A DNA stretch of 64,000 nucleotides from positions 80,414,001 through 80,478,000 of the forward strand of contig NW_026262723.1 in NCBI RefSeq assembly GCF_021869535.1, given 5' to 3'. The notes beneath the pieces are model-generated. The model had not been told where the DNA came from. It saw only the letters and a list, made by a program, of their open reading frames with translations, and did no database searches. Source of the DNA: Mytilus californianus (taxonomy: Eukaryota). Both the position numbers and the translations under genes were made by a program. Shown in pieces: positions 49,070-63,529 of the stretch; within the stretch, counting starts at the first letter, position 1, and each line of letters opens with the position of its first letter.

Positions 49070-50185
49070 AAATATCATCACCACTCTAGGAGTGGAGGCT
49101 GTATTACAATCTCCCTCTCTCTTCAATCATCTAACAAATATTGTCACCTTTCTAGGAGTGGGGGCTGTATTACTCTCCTTGTCTCTACAATCATCCAACA
49201 AATATTATCACCACTCTAGGAGTGGGGGCTGTATTTCAATCTCCTTGTCTCTACAATCATCCAACAAATATTATCACCACTCTAGGAGTGGGGGCTGTAT
49301 TACTCTCCTTGTCTCTACAATCATCCAACAAATATTATCACCTTTCTAGGAGTGGGGGCTGTATTACAATCTCCTTCTCTCTACAATCGTCCAACAAATA
49401 TCACCTTTCTAGGAGTGGGGGCTGTATTACACTCTCCTTGTCTCTACAATCATCCAACAAATATTATCACCACTCTAGGAACGGGGGCTGTATTACACTC
49501 TCCTTGTCTCTACAATCATCCAACAAATATTATCACCACTCTATGAGTGGAGGCTGTATTACACTCTCCTTGTCTCTACAATCGTCCAACAAATATTATC
49601 ACCTTTCTTGGAGTGGAGGCTTTATTACAATCTCCTCTCTACAATCATCCAACAAATATTATCACCACTCTATGAGTGGGGGCTGTATTACAATCTCCTT
49701 GTCTCTACAATCATCCAACAAATATTGTCACCACTCTATGAGTGATGCCGGTATTACAATCTCCTTGTCTCTACAATCATCCAACAAATATTGTCACCAC
49801 TCTAGGAGTGGGGCTGTATTTCAATCTCCTTGTCTCTACAATCATCCAACAAATATTGTCACCACTCTAGGATTGGAGGCTGTATTACTCTCCTTGTCTC
49901 TACAATCATCCAACAAATATTGTCACCACTTTATGAGTGGGGGCTGTATTACAATCTCCTTGTCTCTACAATCATCAACAAATATTGTCACCACTCTAGG
50001 AGTGTGGGGGCTGTATTTCAATCTCCTTGTCTCTACAATCATCCAACAAATATTATCACCACTGTAGGAGTGGAGGCTGTATTACAATCTCCTTGTCTCT
50101 ACAATCATCCAACAAATATTATCACCACTCTAGAAGGTAAGGCTGTATTACAATCTCCTTGTCTTTACAATCATCCAACAAATAT
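49070..50185. repeat. Minisatellite, ~66-bp unit, ~17 copies
   Basis: Tandem ctctaggagtgggggctgtattacaatctccttgtctctacaatcatccaacaaatattatcacca. Confidence 0.95.
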
Positions 50186-50285
50186 TTCCGTCACACTTTT
50201 CTCAAGAACTGTTTAACAGAATGACGTCATATTTAGTCAACAGCCTGACTTGTGCAGATTTTTCAAATCAGTCAAGCACCTGGTC

Positions 50286-50660
50286 GAGCATCACTGAAGA
50301 GACATTGATTGTCGAAATGCGCATCTGGTCCAGAAAAAATTGGTAACTACCACTGGGTCGATGCCCCGAGGGTATCATCAGCCCAGTAGCCAGTACTTCG
50401 GTACTGGCATGACAATACGGATTTTGTGTTTATTAAAATTTGCTGTTACAAAATTTTGGAAATTATTTTAAATTAAGGAATATATCTCCCTTATGCAAAG
50501 CTCTGATTCTTTGCCCGGCTTTGGCTATACTTTTTGTCCTTTTTGGTTTATAGCTCTTCAACTTTTTAATAACCTTTGGATTTTGAAATATGTTGGCCTC
50601 GAGCATGATTGAAGAGACATTGATTGTCGTAATGCGCATCCGGTGCAGAAAAATTGGTAC
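50286..50660 (+). ncRNA. Retrozyme-like unit: two type I hammerhead motifs in direct repeat delimiting a 315-nt monomer
   Basis: HHR1: gcatca-CTGAAGA(50294)-gac attgatt gtc-GAAA-tgcgca-TC(50325)-tggtcc. HHR2 at 50601-50646 has core changes (TTGAAGA, GTAA). Confidence 0.8.
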
Positions 50661-51129
50661 CGTTTATGTTGTTACTACTTCCTATATGCCAATGTGTTGA
50701 ATGAAAAGAAAAATATTTTCGTCTCACTTTTATCAGGAACTACCAGATAGAATGGGTTTATCTTTGGTCAGCTGTTTGACAGTGTGTGAGAGCTTTCTGG
50801 ATTGTCAGATACCTACTTTCTGTTTACCCATATTTTAGATGAGTGAGGGTATGATTAGCATGACAAGTGTGCAACTTCTTTCTTTATGTTCATTCTGAAA
50901 GTAAAATATTCTCTAAATACTCCGAAGAATTTCTAAATATACCGATGCAATTTATCTACCTATACTTAATTTTACTTAAGTCAATAGTAAAAGTGATCAT
51001 CACCCTTTTTAGAAGATGATGTGTAAGAATTTCTAATGATAGTATTATTAGTGTTTGAGAATAAACTTTGGTCATCACTCTGTCTGCATATGAACTGGAA
51101 ATGGTATGTCTGGTATGTGTCCCAGCTAT

Positions 51130-51620
51130 AATGGATTGATTGATTTTTTTTTTATTATAGTTCAATTTCAAATATTTCATACATCTTCAGGACGAGAACA
51201 AATTAACAATAAATACAATAGGTAGGTCTTGTAATAGAGCGGGGCGTCCGGGATGAAGCTCGGGGAAATTTGAACTGCCACTGGAAAATAGTTGTATATT
51301 GGGATATGGTCAGAAATTTGGCCTTGCAACAGGCCACCTACGGGCCCCTCAAAGAGTTGTTGCAAAGGTTCTTAACGTGCAGAGAGCGTGGCACTCTCTC
51401 TACACGAGGCATCGGATTTAACGTCCCCATCCTTACCAGACGTGGTTGTGTACTTGCACATCCTGCACAGCCAACCCGACGCCCTACTTTGACAAAGGTT
51501 TTACTGTTGGTAGGGAGAATACCAAAATGACCATATTTCTATTGCCCAGTCACCCTTGGGGTGTCCCAGCTATGAACAAGGACGTGTAAGTAGAAACGTA
51601 TTTGATATGACCTAGGAAAG
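51130..51620 (-). mobile_element. SINE-like repeat with Deu/Nin-domain-like core
   Basis: Minus strand GGATGGGGACGTTAAATCCG...CACGTTAAGAACC...GGCCAAATTTC resembles the Deu/Nin core, with an (AATC)n tail. tRNA head not recognised. Confidence 0.45.
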
Positions 51621-52127
51621 TTTAGAAAGTCTCCTCGTATAACAAATTAGCACAAACATCCTATATGTTTCATAAATACAGTTTTACAAAATCGATTATA
51701 TATTGCCTATTAACCTTCCTTCATTCATCCATGCACGTCATTTTGGACTCTCAGGTGAGTGGTGGTCTCGTGGAAATAATACCTCATCTCCTTATTTTTA
51801 TATGCGTCGTGTTGAATATGGTTACCGATTGGAATTCCTGTTCCTTTATAGATATATGATGTAGAATACCAAGGATGTTTATTATACAAATGCGTTAGAA
51901 TACTCAGAGCAGATTTCATTTACATGAAATTTATTTGAAAATTGATCGCATTTCGTATTAACTCAAATAGACGTGAACACGTGAAGCATACAACATTAGT
52001 GTGTACTTAATTGTAATGAATTATGTTGTAATTCTATGTATTTTCCATAAATCCCGACCATATGTCGCAGAAATTACTTTATTATTTCACAACTTAATAC
52101 ACAAAATTTTCCCTTACTTTTGTGAGT

Positions 52128-52470
52128 ATGAAACTTGTAGATAAAGTAGTGTTATTTGTGTTTGGGGCAGTTCTCGTTGCATACATTGTATACGTTTATG
52201 ATAAGAAAGCCAAACTTGGAAGTAAGCAGTCGCTGAGAGTCCCGTTACTTAAAGACAAACTAATATGGAAACCACAGGATGTAGTGTTGAAAAAAGCTGT
52301 CGATGCTCTCAAAGCCCAAAGTCCGAAAAAGCCAAATATTTCTAAGGCTCTGGTTCTGAGGAAGCCTGCTCCGCAATCCTTTTTGTCTGATAAGATATTA
52401 CAAGATGGATTGAAGATCAGCTTTATAAGAAATAAATTACAAGTGAATATTGTAGAAGAAAATGAAAAAG
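52128..52470 (+). CDS. UPF0489/C5orf22-like type II membrane protein, exon 1/4 (signal anchor plus basic stem)
   Basis: [27 protein letters not shown]...[12 protein letters not shown]|GTATGG. The 4-exon model sums to 1623 nt (540 aa plus stop). Confidence 0.8.
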
Positions 52471-52942
52471 GTATGGTATTTCAAACTAACAGGAGCTTTT
52501 TGTCATAATAAATTTTCTTCGATTATAATTACATGTACCTGTATTTTATATTACCAATGTTGGGGGTTGTTGCCAATTCATTGTTCGTTTCTGTTATATT
52601 TTTCACAATTTGGATTGACTCACCAATTTTTTCAGAGTGCCAAAATTACTCCATATTTTCTATATTCGTGTACTTATAGTTATACTGAAAAGAATCGATA
52701 TCAGTGTAATAAGTATTGTTCGGTACGTTTCACTTGGGTCAAATAATTATGTTACGTTTTATTGATAACCAGTGTAGAATATTCTGGGAGATTAACCATC
52801 TTGACTCGAATCCCTGCAATTGTTAGGTCCATATTTTTAATGAAGTAAGCAAATTTTAGGGCTGGATTTCAATTTATTTCTTAGACTTTTCATTCAAGTG
52901 AAGAAAATTATATATGTAATTTATCTTACAAATACAGACCAC

Positions 52943-53234
52943 AGGTATTTGGGGAATGGACCCCCTTTTTGGGCCCCAACTTAAAAAAAAATCTTTTTAT
53001 TTTTCCATATTTACAATTTTCTCAAAAATCCATAACTAGTCGATTACAATACCTTTTCTACTATCCACACGCAAGTGAAAAAAAAGAAGCACACAGGGTT
53101 CGTGTGGATAGCAGAAAGGGTATGTAATCGACTAGTTATGGATTTTTGAGAAAATTGCAAAATTAATATGGAAAAATAAATGGTTTTTTTTTTAATTTGG
53201 GGCCCAAAAAGGGGGGTCCATGCCCCAAATACCT
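52943..53234. mobile_element. Foldback MITE: ~130-bp inverted arms, 29-nt spacer (intron 1 of the UPF0489-like gene)
   Basis: aggtatttgggg...ccataactagtcgattac...tatccacacg | cgtgtggata...gtaatcgactagttatgg...ccccaaatacct. Confidence 0.85.
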
Positions 53235-53721
53235 ATGATACAGACAATAGTTTAATTTATTCAAACTTTATGAACTTGCTTTATACTGATGATCGGAGAT
53301 AACTCATTTGATGTTACTATATTAAGAAATGTGCAGTAAATTTTTCTATTCAAGTTGTTATATTGCAAGAAAAAAGAAGAAATGTATAGGGACCCTTTAT
53401 TTCTTTTTACTTTGAAAGCATTAATCAACATTACAAGAACTTTCTTCTCATGTTTTGCTTCAAAATTCAGAAAGTTTTATCTTTATTCGCATAAAAGTTC
53501 CTTTTCCCTGTATAAACCTTACAAAATGTGTCATATTTTAATAACAGATAGCTTGCAAACTAGGTAGGTGACATATATTTTTTATCATATTTTTGAGGAA
53601 AAAAAAACGATTTCAACAACATTTTTTGTCAATTTTATACGACTAAATTACTAATCAATTGTATGGTCATTTTGAAATACTATGGGTAAGAATTTTAAAT
53701 TGGGGTTTTGATTTTTTTCAG

Positions 53722-53783
53722 CACTGGTTTACTGGCTATCAATGGCTAAGTATAAGATGATACAGACAACCGGAAATACCCTG
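53722..53783 (+). CDS. UPF0489-like protein exon 2/4
   Basis: tttttttcag acceptor. (A)LVYWLSMAKYKMIQTTGNTL|GTTAGT. Bridges phase 1 to phase 0. Confidence 0.72.
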
Positions 53784-54142
53784 GTTAGTAATGTTTTGTA
53801 TAACAGTAAAACTTTAAGACACATTGAGATAGTGATGGTTCACTTATTGGAATACAGAAGTTTGAAAAAAATGAATGGCAATTGATTAAATGTCATGTAA
53901 GCACAAAACGGGATATGCAGTTAATCCTTGTGAAACGAAGTTTTGTGTTTTAAGAACGAAGAAAACAGTAACTTGCTTAAAAGGAGATGAATTATAGAAA
54001 ACGATACTCAACACAACTAAGAAAAGTTTTCATTCACCAAAACAAGTTTCTTTTCAGTTGCAATAAACACACGTTTGAATTGACAACAAACGTTGACATG
54101 TTTCGTAAGGTTCCTATGAGTATTTGTCTTTCTTATATTTAA

Positions 54143-54322
<180 letters not shown>

Positions 54323-54531
54323 TAGGCTGTTTGTCTCGTATTTATGAAGGAAACCGCCTACGATTGTATGAATCCCCTTTTTATCCCTCAAATAGAATCC
54401 CACTGTTTTTAGTAAAGTCGGATGAATACTATTACGGTTATGAGAAAGTAAATAAAAACATGTGCAGTTCTTGGTGTAGATTTGGCACTTATATACACTC
54501 AAATTCTATTTCTTTAGCTCAAAATAATTGA

Positions 54532-55765
<1,234 letters not shown>

Positions 55766-56002
55766 CAATGTATACTTATGTGACACACGAATTATATTGT
55801 CTTGAATGGTTTGGTGAAAGAAGTGGAGTTTTGATATTGCATAAGTGAATTTTCACTTTGAATCAGTGCTTTAACGCGTTAGAGAATACAGCTTGTGTCA
55901 TTGATTTTCACCCCAATTTCTTTAACCTTGTTTGTTATCTGTTAAAACTTTGAAAAATAAGGTGTTTCATTATAGAGTTTCAGCTGTTGCTGACAGGCAT
56001 TC

Positions 56003-56104
56003 TTGATTAATCAGCAGCGAGTAATCACATTAGGCCTTGATTAATCAGCAGCGAGCAATCACATTAGGCCATGATTAATCAGCAGCGAGTAATCACATTA
56101 GGCC
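56003..56104. repeat. 34-bp x3 tandem repeat
   Basis: tgattaatcagcagcgagtaatcacattaggcc(t). Confidence 0.9.
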
Positions 56105-57374
56105 TTTGAAGAGATTTTTTTCTTGACATTTTAAATCATTTAAAGCAGATCATTTTCAATTGATGATTTTTCATTGGGGTGGATACAAAGATATATTTTT
56201 CCTATGATCAATCATTTTTACCGAGGCCGTAAGTCGATGTTAATATCATTCTTTCTTTGGTTGATGAACGTTGTCTGTGCCTTATAAAAAGTAATGAATG
56301 TTTTATATATGACATATTGTTTCTGTTTTATTTACAATCTTTATAAAGCTACACCACATCTTCTATTTAGACTTCAATTAGGACCACAATGCTCTCTTTG
56401 ACATGCTAGACGAGTGGCTGCTAGCTTGAGTCTAGCCTTTGACATGGCCGTGTGCAAGGCGTTGATATTTTATATCCACCGTGTCTTCCATCTCGCGAGA
56501 TATACTTGTATGAATAATACATATCTAAAAGGGTGACAGAGCAAATTGTTAGCCTGCGAAAATCAGTATCAACCGAGGAGAGGACAACACTAATACGCTA
56601 CGAATAACGTATAAAACTATGAAAATCTATAAATATGTATGAGAATGAATATTATATTGATTAAATGTTAGTAGTATGTTATTATCATTATCACAATAAA
56701 AAATATGCATCTAGTCAAAATTCTTTCAGATAAGTTGGTTCAGACAATGTAAAAAATAAAAAGGTGAGGTTCAGAGAACGAGATCGTTGGGCATTATTAC
56801 GTACACATGAAATATCGGTTGAAATAAAATCGTTCTATTTTACATAGTATACGTTTAAATGTCAAATCATTTCTTAAAAAGACTGAAAGTAAAGTTTGAT
56901 ATATATATATGGAGAATGTCTGTCATAAAGTTGTCACATGTTTAGACGTATATATATTAATCCAAAGCTTATAAAGAAGTGTTCACTGATAAAAATGTTC
57001 AAACGCTTTTTGACGCAAGCAAGCAAAAACCATATTTTCATATTTTACTGTTGTGAAAACAATTCCGTCTACATTTTGCGGGATGAATATCGATCCGTAC
57101 AGTTGGAAACATGACTAAAATTTGTTTTTGGATTGATTTACGTACATTTATTTAGTTTACTTTGAGCAATACACAAAAGTGTGTTTATCTGTACCATTCA
57201 TATATTTCCTGATGAAGTCAGATAAAAGAGTGTAATAAGGCAATGTCTATATGCAAGGAGATTTGATACTAAGGAATGAAATTGCACTTACTTGCTGGTA
57301 CAGTATTATCTGTATTTGTATCTGTATAGTACACAGTGCAGGACCCGACCGCGGACAAATATGCACTAGCAGGA

Positions 57375-58075
57375 GAGCTTTGTTGGTTAGCTAGCTGTTG
57401 GAGGTAGTCTCGAAGTCCACAATTGTCTTTGAACATGCAATGTTCTCCTCCAGGTGGTTCCAGTCTACTATAGTTTTGGGGTAAAAGGATTTCTTTCGGA
57501 TCTCTGTGCTATGATACATAAGTTTATATAGCGATTGTTTGCAAATTATATCAAGGTAAAAAACAAAAGCTGAAGGAATCGCATGAACCCCAAAAGGAGC
57601 GAGACCTGTCTTGTGGTCATAATACCAACTAATCAAAACACATGATTGAGTGGTATGAGCACAAATTGTGTACTCGGAGCACTGAGTAAAGTTTTATGAC
57701 GGAGAGGCGTCTCCTGCTATGCAAGCATCACTCGCCTCCAAATTATACTCAGTTAAAATGTCACAACCAGGAATAGAACAAGGCAGTCGGCACCAATCCG
57801 GCCCTCAAACATTCAGCATATTTTGTTTCCTCCATTTCTGGAGAGGTGTTAGTTCCAGCTTGGAAAGGATATATGCGACACCTCCTGCTTCTCTAGATTT
57901 ATAATCACGTAAATTGAAACATGTCGCTCTCTTTTGTATGGTTATATTCTCAATTTCCTTGATGGTATAAGGGTGCCAAATTACATCACCATATTCCAAT
58001 ACAGCTCGCACCATGGCTGGGAAAGCTAGTTCCTTGCACTCTCGGGGACATTAGCCTTTGTTTCTTCTCATTAAT
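57375..58075 (-). mobile_element. CR1-group LINE remnant (RT thumb / C-terminus)
   Basis: VRAVLEYGDVIWHPYT...IQKRA...DY and KSFYPKTIVDWNHL motifs. Frameshifted. Confidence 0.8.
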
Positions 58076-58429
58076 TCTAATGTACAAACTGTTTATCTTT
58101 TCCAGTATGGCTGGTCCAATTCAGGTAATCTGGTATAATAAGACCTAGTCAAGGGTCTGTTTGAACTTGCACAAATACATGATAGTTCGGTTAATAGGAT
58201 TGTATTGATTGTTGTTTTACGCTCATTGTGTAGCATTATTAGCATTAAATTGCATTTCCTAAATCGCTGTCCATACTACTAGCGATTTTAGCCGGGTTTC
58301 TCGGAGAATTTGCTTGTCTTTAATGGTGTACAAATTCAAATTCAAATTCTTGTTTTGTTGGATTTTTTTTTTTAATTACACCGTCAAAAGTTTATTCAAA
58401 CAATTGGGAAGAGGAATTTAAAAAAAAAA

Positions 58430-58670
58430 GAATCATATTACTAGGGAGTATTAATGTATTAACGATTAAATGATAAAATAGTACTGCACTTGATTATCTG
58501 TGTCAAATATTTAAGAATAACCAAAATGCCAATGCAACAAGATGTTCGTTACGTTCATCAGACAATAATTGTCTTTTCATACCACGTCCACGAACACATT
58601 TTATGAGAAAGACATTTCAATATTCTGGTACTGTTCTTTGGAATAGTATTCCTGTAAAAAAAAAAAATAG
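58430..58670 (+). mobile_element. L2/Crack-like LINE 3' remnant
   Basis: LFIPRPRTHFMRKTFQYSGTVLWNSIP followed by an A-rich run. Confidence 0.6.
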
Positions 58671-60699
58671 AAAATAATAGAACAGTTCAAACAAAAGTAT
58701 CACAATTTATGGTTTTTAGTACAAAATAGCAGTTATAAAATTCATATACAACATGTAAGAACAATTGAATAATTATCACAGAAATTTACCTAGTCTCTAA
58801 AAGTCTATATATTTGTCTTATACATCATTAAGGAAACATGTTTATGATGCATTTATACACTTAATCGATTTGTTTTCACCATGTGTTTGCACAGTTATTG
58901 TACAATTTAGTTGTAATTATTTATGTATATATATATATTATATAATATGTTGACTTAGTCAGAGGGCCTTAGAGGAGATTAGTAATGTACTCACTGATGT
59001 TACCCCTTTTAAAAAAAGTATTTATTACATGTATATTATGACATCATTGGTGTGGAAGAAAGGTCTAGCTTGTTGGATAAAGAGAGATAACTCTACATTT
59101 ATAAATAAAGGAATATAAAATTGGCCGTAAGATTTTAGTAAGTGCGAGGGCTGTATAGCCAGTCAAGGTCGTTAAAAACTCCCATCATCAACATTATGGC
59201 CAAACAAAAACTACAAATTTTACAAAGAGATACTTGTGATATAACTATATTAAGCCTTAATGGTTTACTATGCCGCGGTATAAATTTTGCTTATTGTTGA
59301 AGGCCGTACTGTGACCTATATATATATATATATATATAACTTCTACGCCATTTGGTCTCTGGTTGCATGGCAATCATACCACATCTTCTTATTTTTATAT
59401 TTATTTAATACATTTACTAAATAACTTCTTTTTGTCCTGCTCGAGCTTTATTTCTCTTTATCTTTGTTTATCTTTTTTATTTTTAAACTTTATATATAAT
59501 AGTTTGCTGCCATTACGGCTATATTAACTAATAAGCTGGGTTATTTTGCTTATGCTTAAACTGTGCTTTAGAAACTTACATTCATATGCTTGTGTTATTT
59601 TCTAGATGTTTTTTATTATTATTTATTTTGCATGTGTGAAGTGTGTTGATTACTTATGTTTTTATTGTTTGTGTGTGTTGTATGTGAATATGCTTATATC
59701 TGCTCTTTACATTGCACGTGCTTTGTCTGTATTGATATCATGCGCTCTGTAATTATTCATTTATATGCTGCTTAAATTGATTGTATGTTCTGTAAATGTA
59801 TATGTTGCCATTTTAAAATTTATCCTGTTATGTTACTTTTTATCAGTCCGGTAAAGAGCTTGAAAAGCTCATGCATGTTCTATGTTGATTGTATATATGA
59901 AAACCCGACTTTAACTAAAGATTATTCATTTTAATACTTGGCACATCACACAATAAGCTACGAAGTTGTGACCCTTAATTATGCGTTATTTGTGTTTATC
60001 ATTACGTCTAATTTTTTCATAATTTACAACAGATTTTGGAAAAGTTAACTTTGGTCGCAACCTCCGATAAAAAAATTTGTTTTAACTAGGGATTCAATAT
60101 AATCCATGGCACTTAAAAATTGTTGCTTAATTACAGATCATTTTGGGTCGTAGGTTGCGCCCAACGTTTTCCTAAAGGTTTTTTAAAGTCCGGAAAATGC
60201 ATAAAATAAGCGTTTTCGACAACTTCTCTAAAATGCTGACTTTGGATCCTATAATGCACTTTTATGAAGAGATGTATTTTCGTCTTCGTTGTATGCGAAG
60301 AGTCAAACTTGAGATTTTATGCATTTGAGTTCGTGCATGTCGTTGAAAGAGGAAGAGCTGAGGTCCAAATAATGTGCCCTGAGGGACGTCAGAGTCTACA
60401 TGAACATCTCCTGAACGTTCGCCTTAAACAATAGCCCGCATATAGATCACTTTTGGAGGAATGAAGCTAACCATGTATTCAGATTTCCATCTATTCCATG
60501 GCTAATAATCTTACAGAGTTTGTGTGGCACAGTTTCAAATGCCATTGGGAACTTCAGGTCTAGTATAGTCATTAGCCAAGTCAATCATCAAAGCTCTGTA
60601 GAAGATCTAAGACCTAGGTTGTACATGAGTCTGAATCCATGGTTTAAGGTTGTCTGTGTTTTGTTTTAATGTTGTTTTCTTTTGTACATGTGTGTTTTT

Positions 60700-61620
60700 C
60701 ACAACAACATCTTACGGTGTTTATATATCACAACTCGTTTGCTATGCCCGTGTCTGTTGTGACGTTTTGGATTTCAATGAATTACTGGTAAACTATTAAG
60801 TCAAGGATTTCGTTACCACAAATTACTTACAACCTTTACTAAGTTCTTCCCTAGATATAAAAGATTTGGTTTTGAAGTTTGGTTGTTCCTGTAGAAAACT
60901 TATTTCAAAAGGGATAGCACATCCTAATTTTTACTGAGATGTTGTTTACCGATCCCGGAAATTTAGAAACGATCCGGGTAAACTTATCGATCCTTTAAAT
61001 AAGCTTATTTATAAAGGTTACCAATTCAACACTGTAATTATATCTTTGAATATTGTTTTTATTGGTATTAATATTGATTTTGTTATCAGTAAATTAAAAT
61101 CAAACTAAATATTATTTTGATATACATATGCATATTCATGGCTCTATAATCTGTCGATACCTGTATCTTGGCATTGCACAAGGTCATGTTTTTCTCTGAC
61201 TGTTTAAGACGTCTTTACACTAAATCCATTGGATGTTGGATGTGTACTGATTGATATTTTAGTCTTAGATGCATGATTTGTTTTTATTATTTGTTTTTGG
61301 CTTTGAACTAGCTGTCAGTAACTCTCAGATCTGTATTTAGTGTTTTTTGTTGTTGTGGGGATGTATACTTGTTACTTGTTTTTGCTTTGTATCTATCTGA
61401 TGAGTTAAGCCCTTTTGAACTGATTTTTATAGTTTGTTCATATGTTGTACTGTTACACCACTGTTCCAGGTTAGGGGAGGGTTGGGCGCCCGCTAACATG
61501 TTTAACCCCGCCACATTCTGTATGTGCCTGTCCAAAGTCAAGAGCCTGTAATTCAGTGGTTGTCGTTTGTTGCTGTATGTCATATTTGTTTGTCGTTCAT
61601 TATTTTGTACATAAATCAGG
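60700..61620 (+). mobile_element. Penelope-like element remnant (ORF end plus 3' region)
   Basis: SYGVYISQLVCYARVC...KLLSQGFRYHKLLTTFTKF, homologous to the ORF end at 45652-45900. Confidence 0.75.
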
Positions 61621-61624
61621 CCGT

Positions 61625-61770
61625 AAAAGGGGGGGGGGGGGGGTTCCCAACCCAGGATAAAAGGGGGGGGGGTTCCAACTACTTGTCCCAATTCAAATGC
61701 ATTGATCGTCAAAAAAAGGGGGGTTCCAACCCCCGGAACCCCCCCCCCCCCCCTTGATCCGCCACTGCCA
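61625..61770. repeat. G/C-run-rich MITE end fragment
   Basis: Poly-G/poly-C tracts ending in gatccgccactg (TIR-like). Partner end not found. Confidence 0.4.
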
Positions 61771-63529
61771 TTAATGTTATTATGAGAATATTTATAACTT
61801 CAACCTAAGTCCTTACTAAAACAATAAACAATATCAAAGAGATGCAAAAAAAATTATTAAAATCAAATATAACCTAAATCTTTAGCTAATACGCTTACCA
61901 AAACTCAGATTACTGGATCTGCTGGTGGTAAGAACAGTAATTTCCAATGTTCCGATAAGATTAAGAAAAATGCAGGAATTTAATTTAACTCTTGAATATA
62001 TATATGAAAGGCATTTTATTTGAACATTAAGTTTTAGTTAATTACTTCATACAATGAAGTAGTATTTGATGTAAAGAGCTTGACTCCACTATTGGCTGTG
62101 AAACAACATTTAGTTGTAACTCGAGTCTTGAATTCATTGATTTGAACTGTAAATAAACAAAAAGATAATTCCTCACTAAAATATTACATGATTAACATTC
62201 ATACTCACAACTAATCTTATACAACTCCTACCCGCATTTCATCGTACTGTTGTATCATCTAACGTCTAAAATACAACTTATTTCCAAAATTATAAGAAAG
62301 TCCTTATATCACTAAAACGAATCTATAAATGAAATAAAATGCCTAAAAGGAAGTCATGCATAAATTATAACCTTGCACTGACAATGAAACAAACTCTTAA
62401 ATACAACCAATCAAGAGATCATTTGAGCCTTGATCGATCACTTTATAATATTCTAAGTTTGTAAGAGAATGACAATCTCTTTCTTCATGATAAGTACTCG
62501 CTAACGCTCGTACTTAATCATGAAGAAATGGATTATCATTCTTTTACATATACATGTATGAATGACCACAAGGGTAAGATTTGATTGTATATTGTAATCA
62601 AGATATTTAGAGCATAAAGTGCCACTGGCTATTTTTTTTTAATAAAATATTGTATCCCAAATTCAAGATATTTATGAAATTAGTTTTCACAATTATTATT
62701 AGATATCCTACTATTAAAATCCTTGGTTATGAAAAATATTTTTTAAAATTGCTTTCTTTAAAAAAAAGAAAAGCAATACGTGAACCCAAGACCGCTAACT
62801 GGTCACCAAAAAAAATATGCTGAATTTTTGTTTGCTTTTGAATTGAAATAATTGACTGTAAATAGAATAAAATAATGATGATGTTAAAACACCTTTATTA
62901 AAAATGTGTAATTGTGTGTAGGTTCTTGCACAAGTCAGTTGAAAGCAATGTTGGATAGTTGTGAATAGAAAAGTGTATATACAGCTACTATTTGAATATA
63001 CATTTTAAGGCTCGACTATTTTAATTATTACTTGGGATTGTACACTATTTTTTCATAATCCTATTGTAAATCCCAGTTTCTACAAACCGGATGTCTAATG
63101 CAAATTGCACAAACCAATCTCAATATAAATTTCAGCGCACAGTTTGCTTTATAATCTGGATGCATTTATTTTATCTATCATATCTTCATATTTTGTTTCC
63201 TGGATGCCTTCAATTATTCTTAACTCGTTATTTAAGATGTCTGTACTCATGGTTGATGTGTATAGATAAATTTAAAGTCCAATTTCCATGTGAAGTGAAA
63301 CCCTGTGGCATGCAACTTATAAGAAGTTTTCGTATATTTTTCTTCAGAGTAACACACCAGCTTTATTGGGACCTTTTATATAGAGACTTATTTTGGTCTC
63401 ATAAAACATCTCCAATTTTAAGGATTTCCTGATTTTACTTAAATCAATCCAAATATTCTACAGGAAAACTTGGTTTTGAAGAATATCTTATTTTCAGAAG
63501 TTTTATTAATACCTGAACATACTCTCAGA

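Noticed and set aside
49222-50067. 281-aa Ser/His/Cys-rich ORF as a gene
   Set aside because: Lies entirely in a 66-bp minisatellite. Several frames are open and indels shift frames.
58530-58565. Hammerhead-like CTGATGA-acgt-aacg-AAC on the minus strand
   Set aside because: Lacks GAAA and stems I/III. Lies in a LINE remnant, so likely chance.
63080-63520. Degraded coding-like stretch on the minus strand
   Set aside because: Frequent stops and no family motif I can support.
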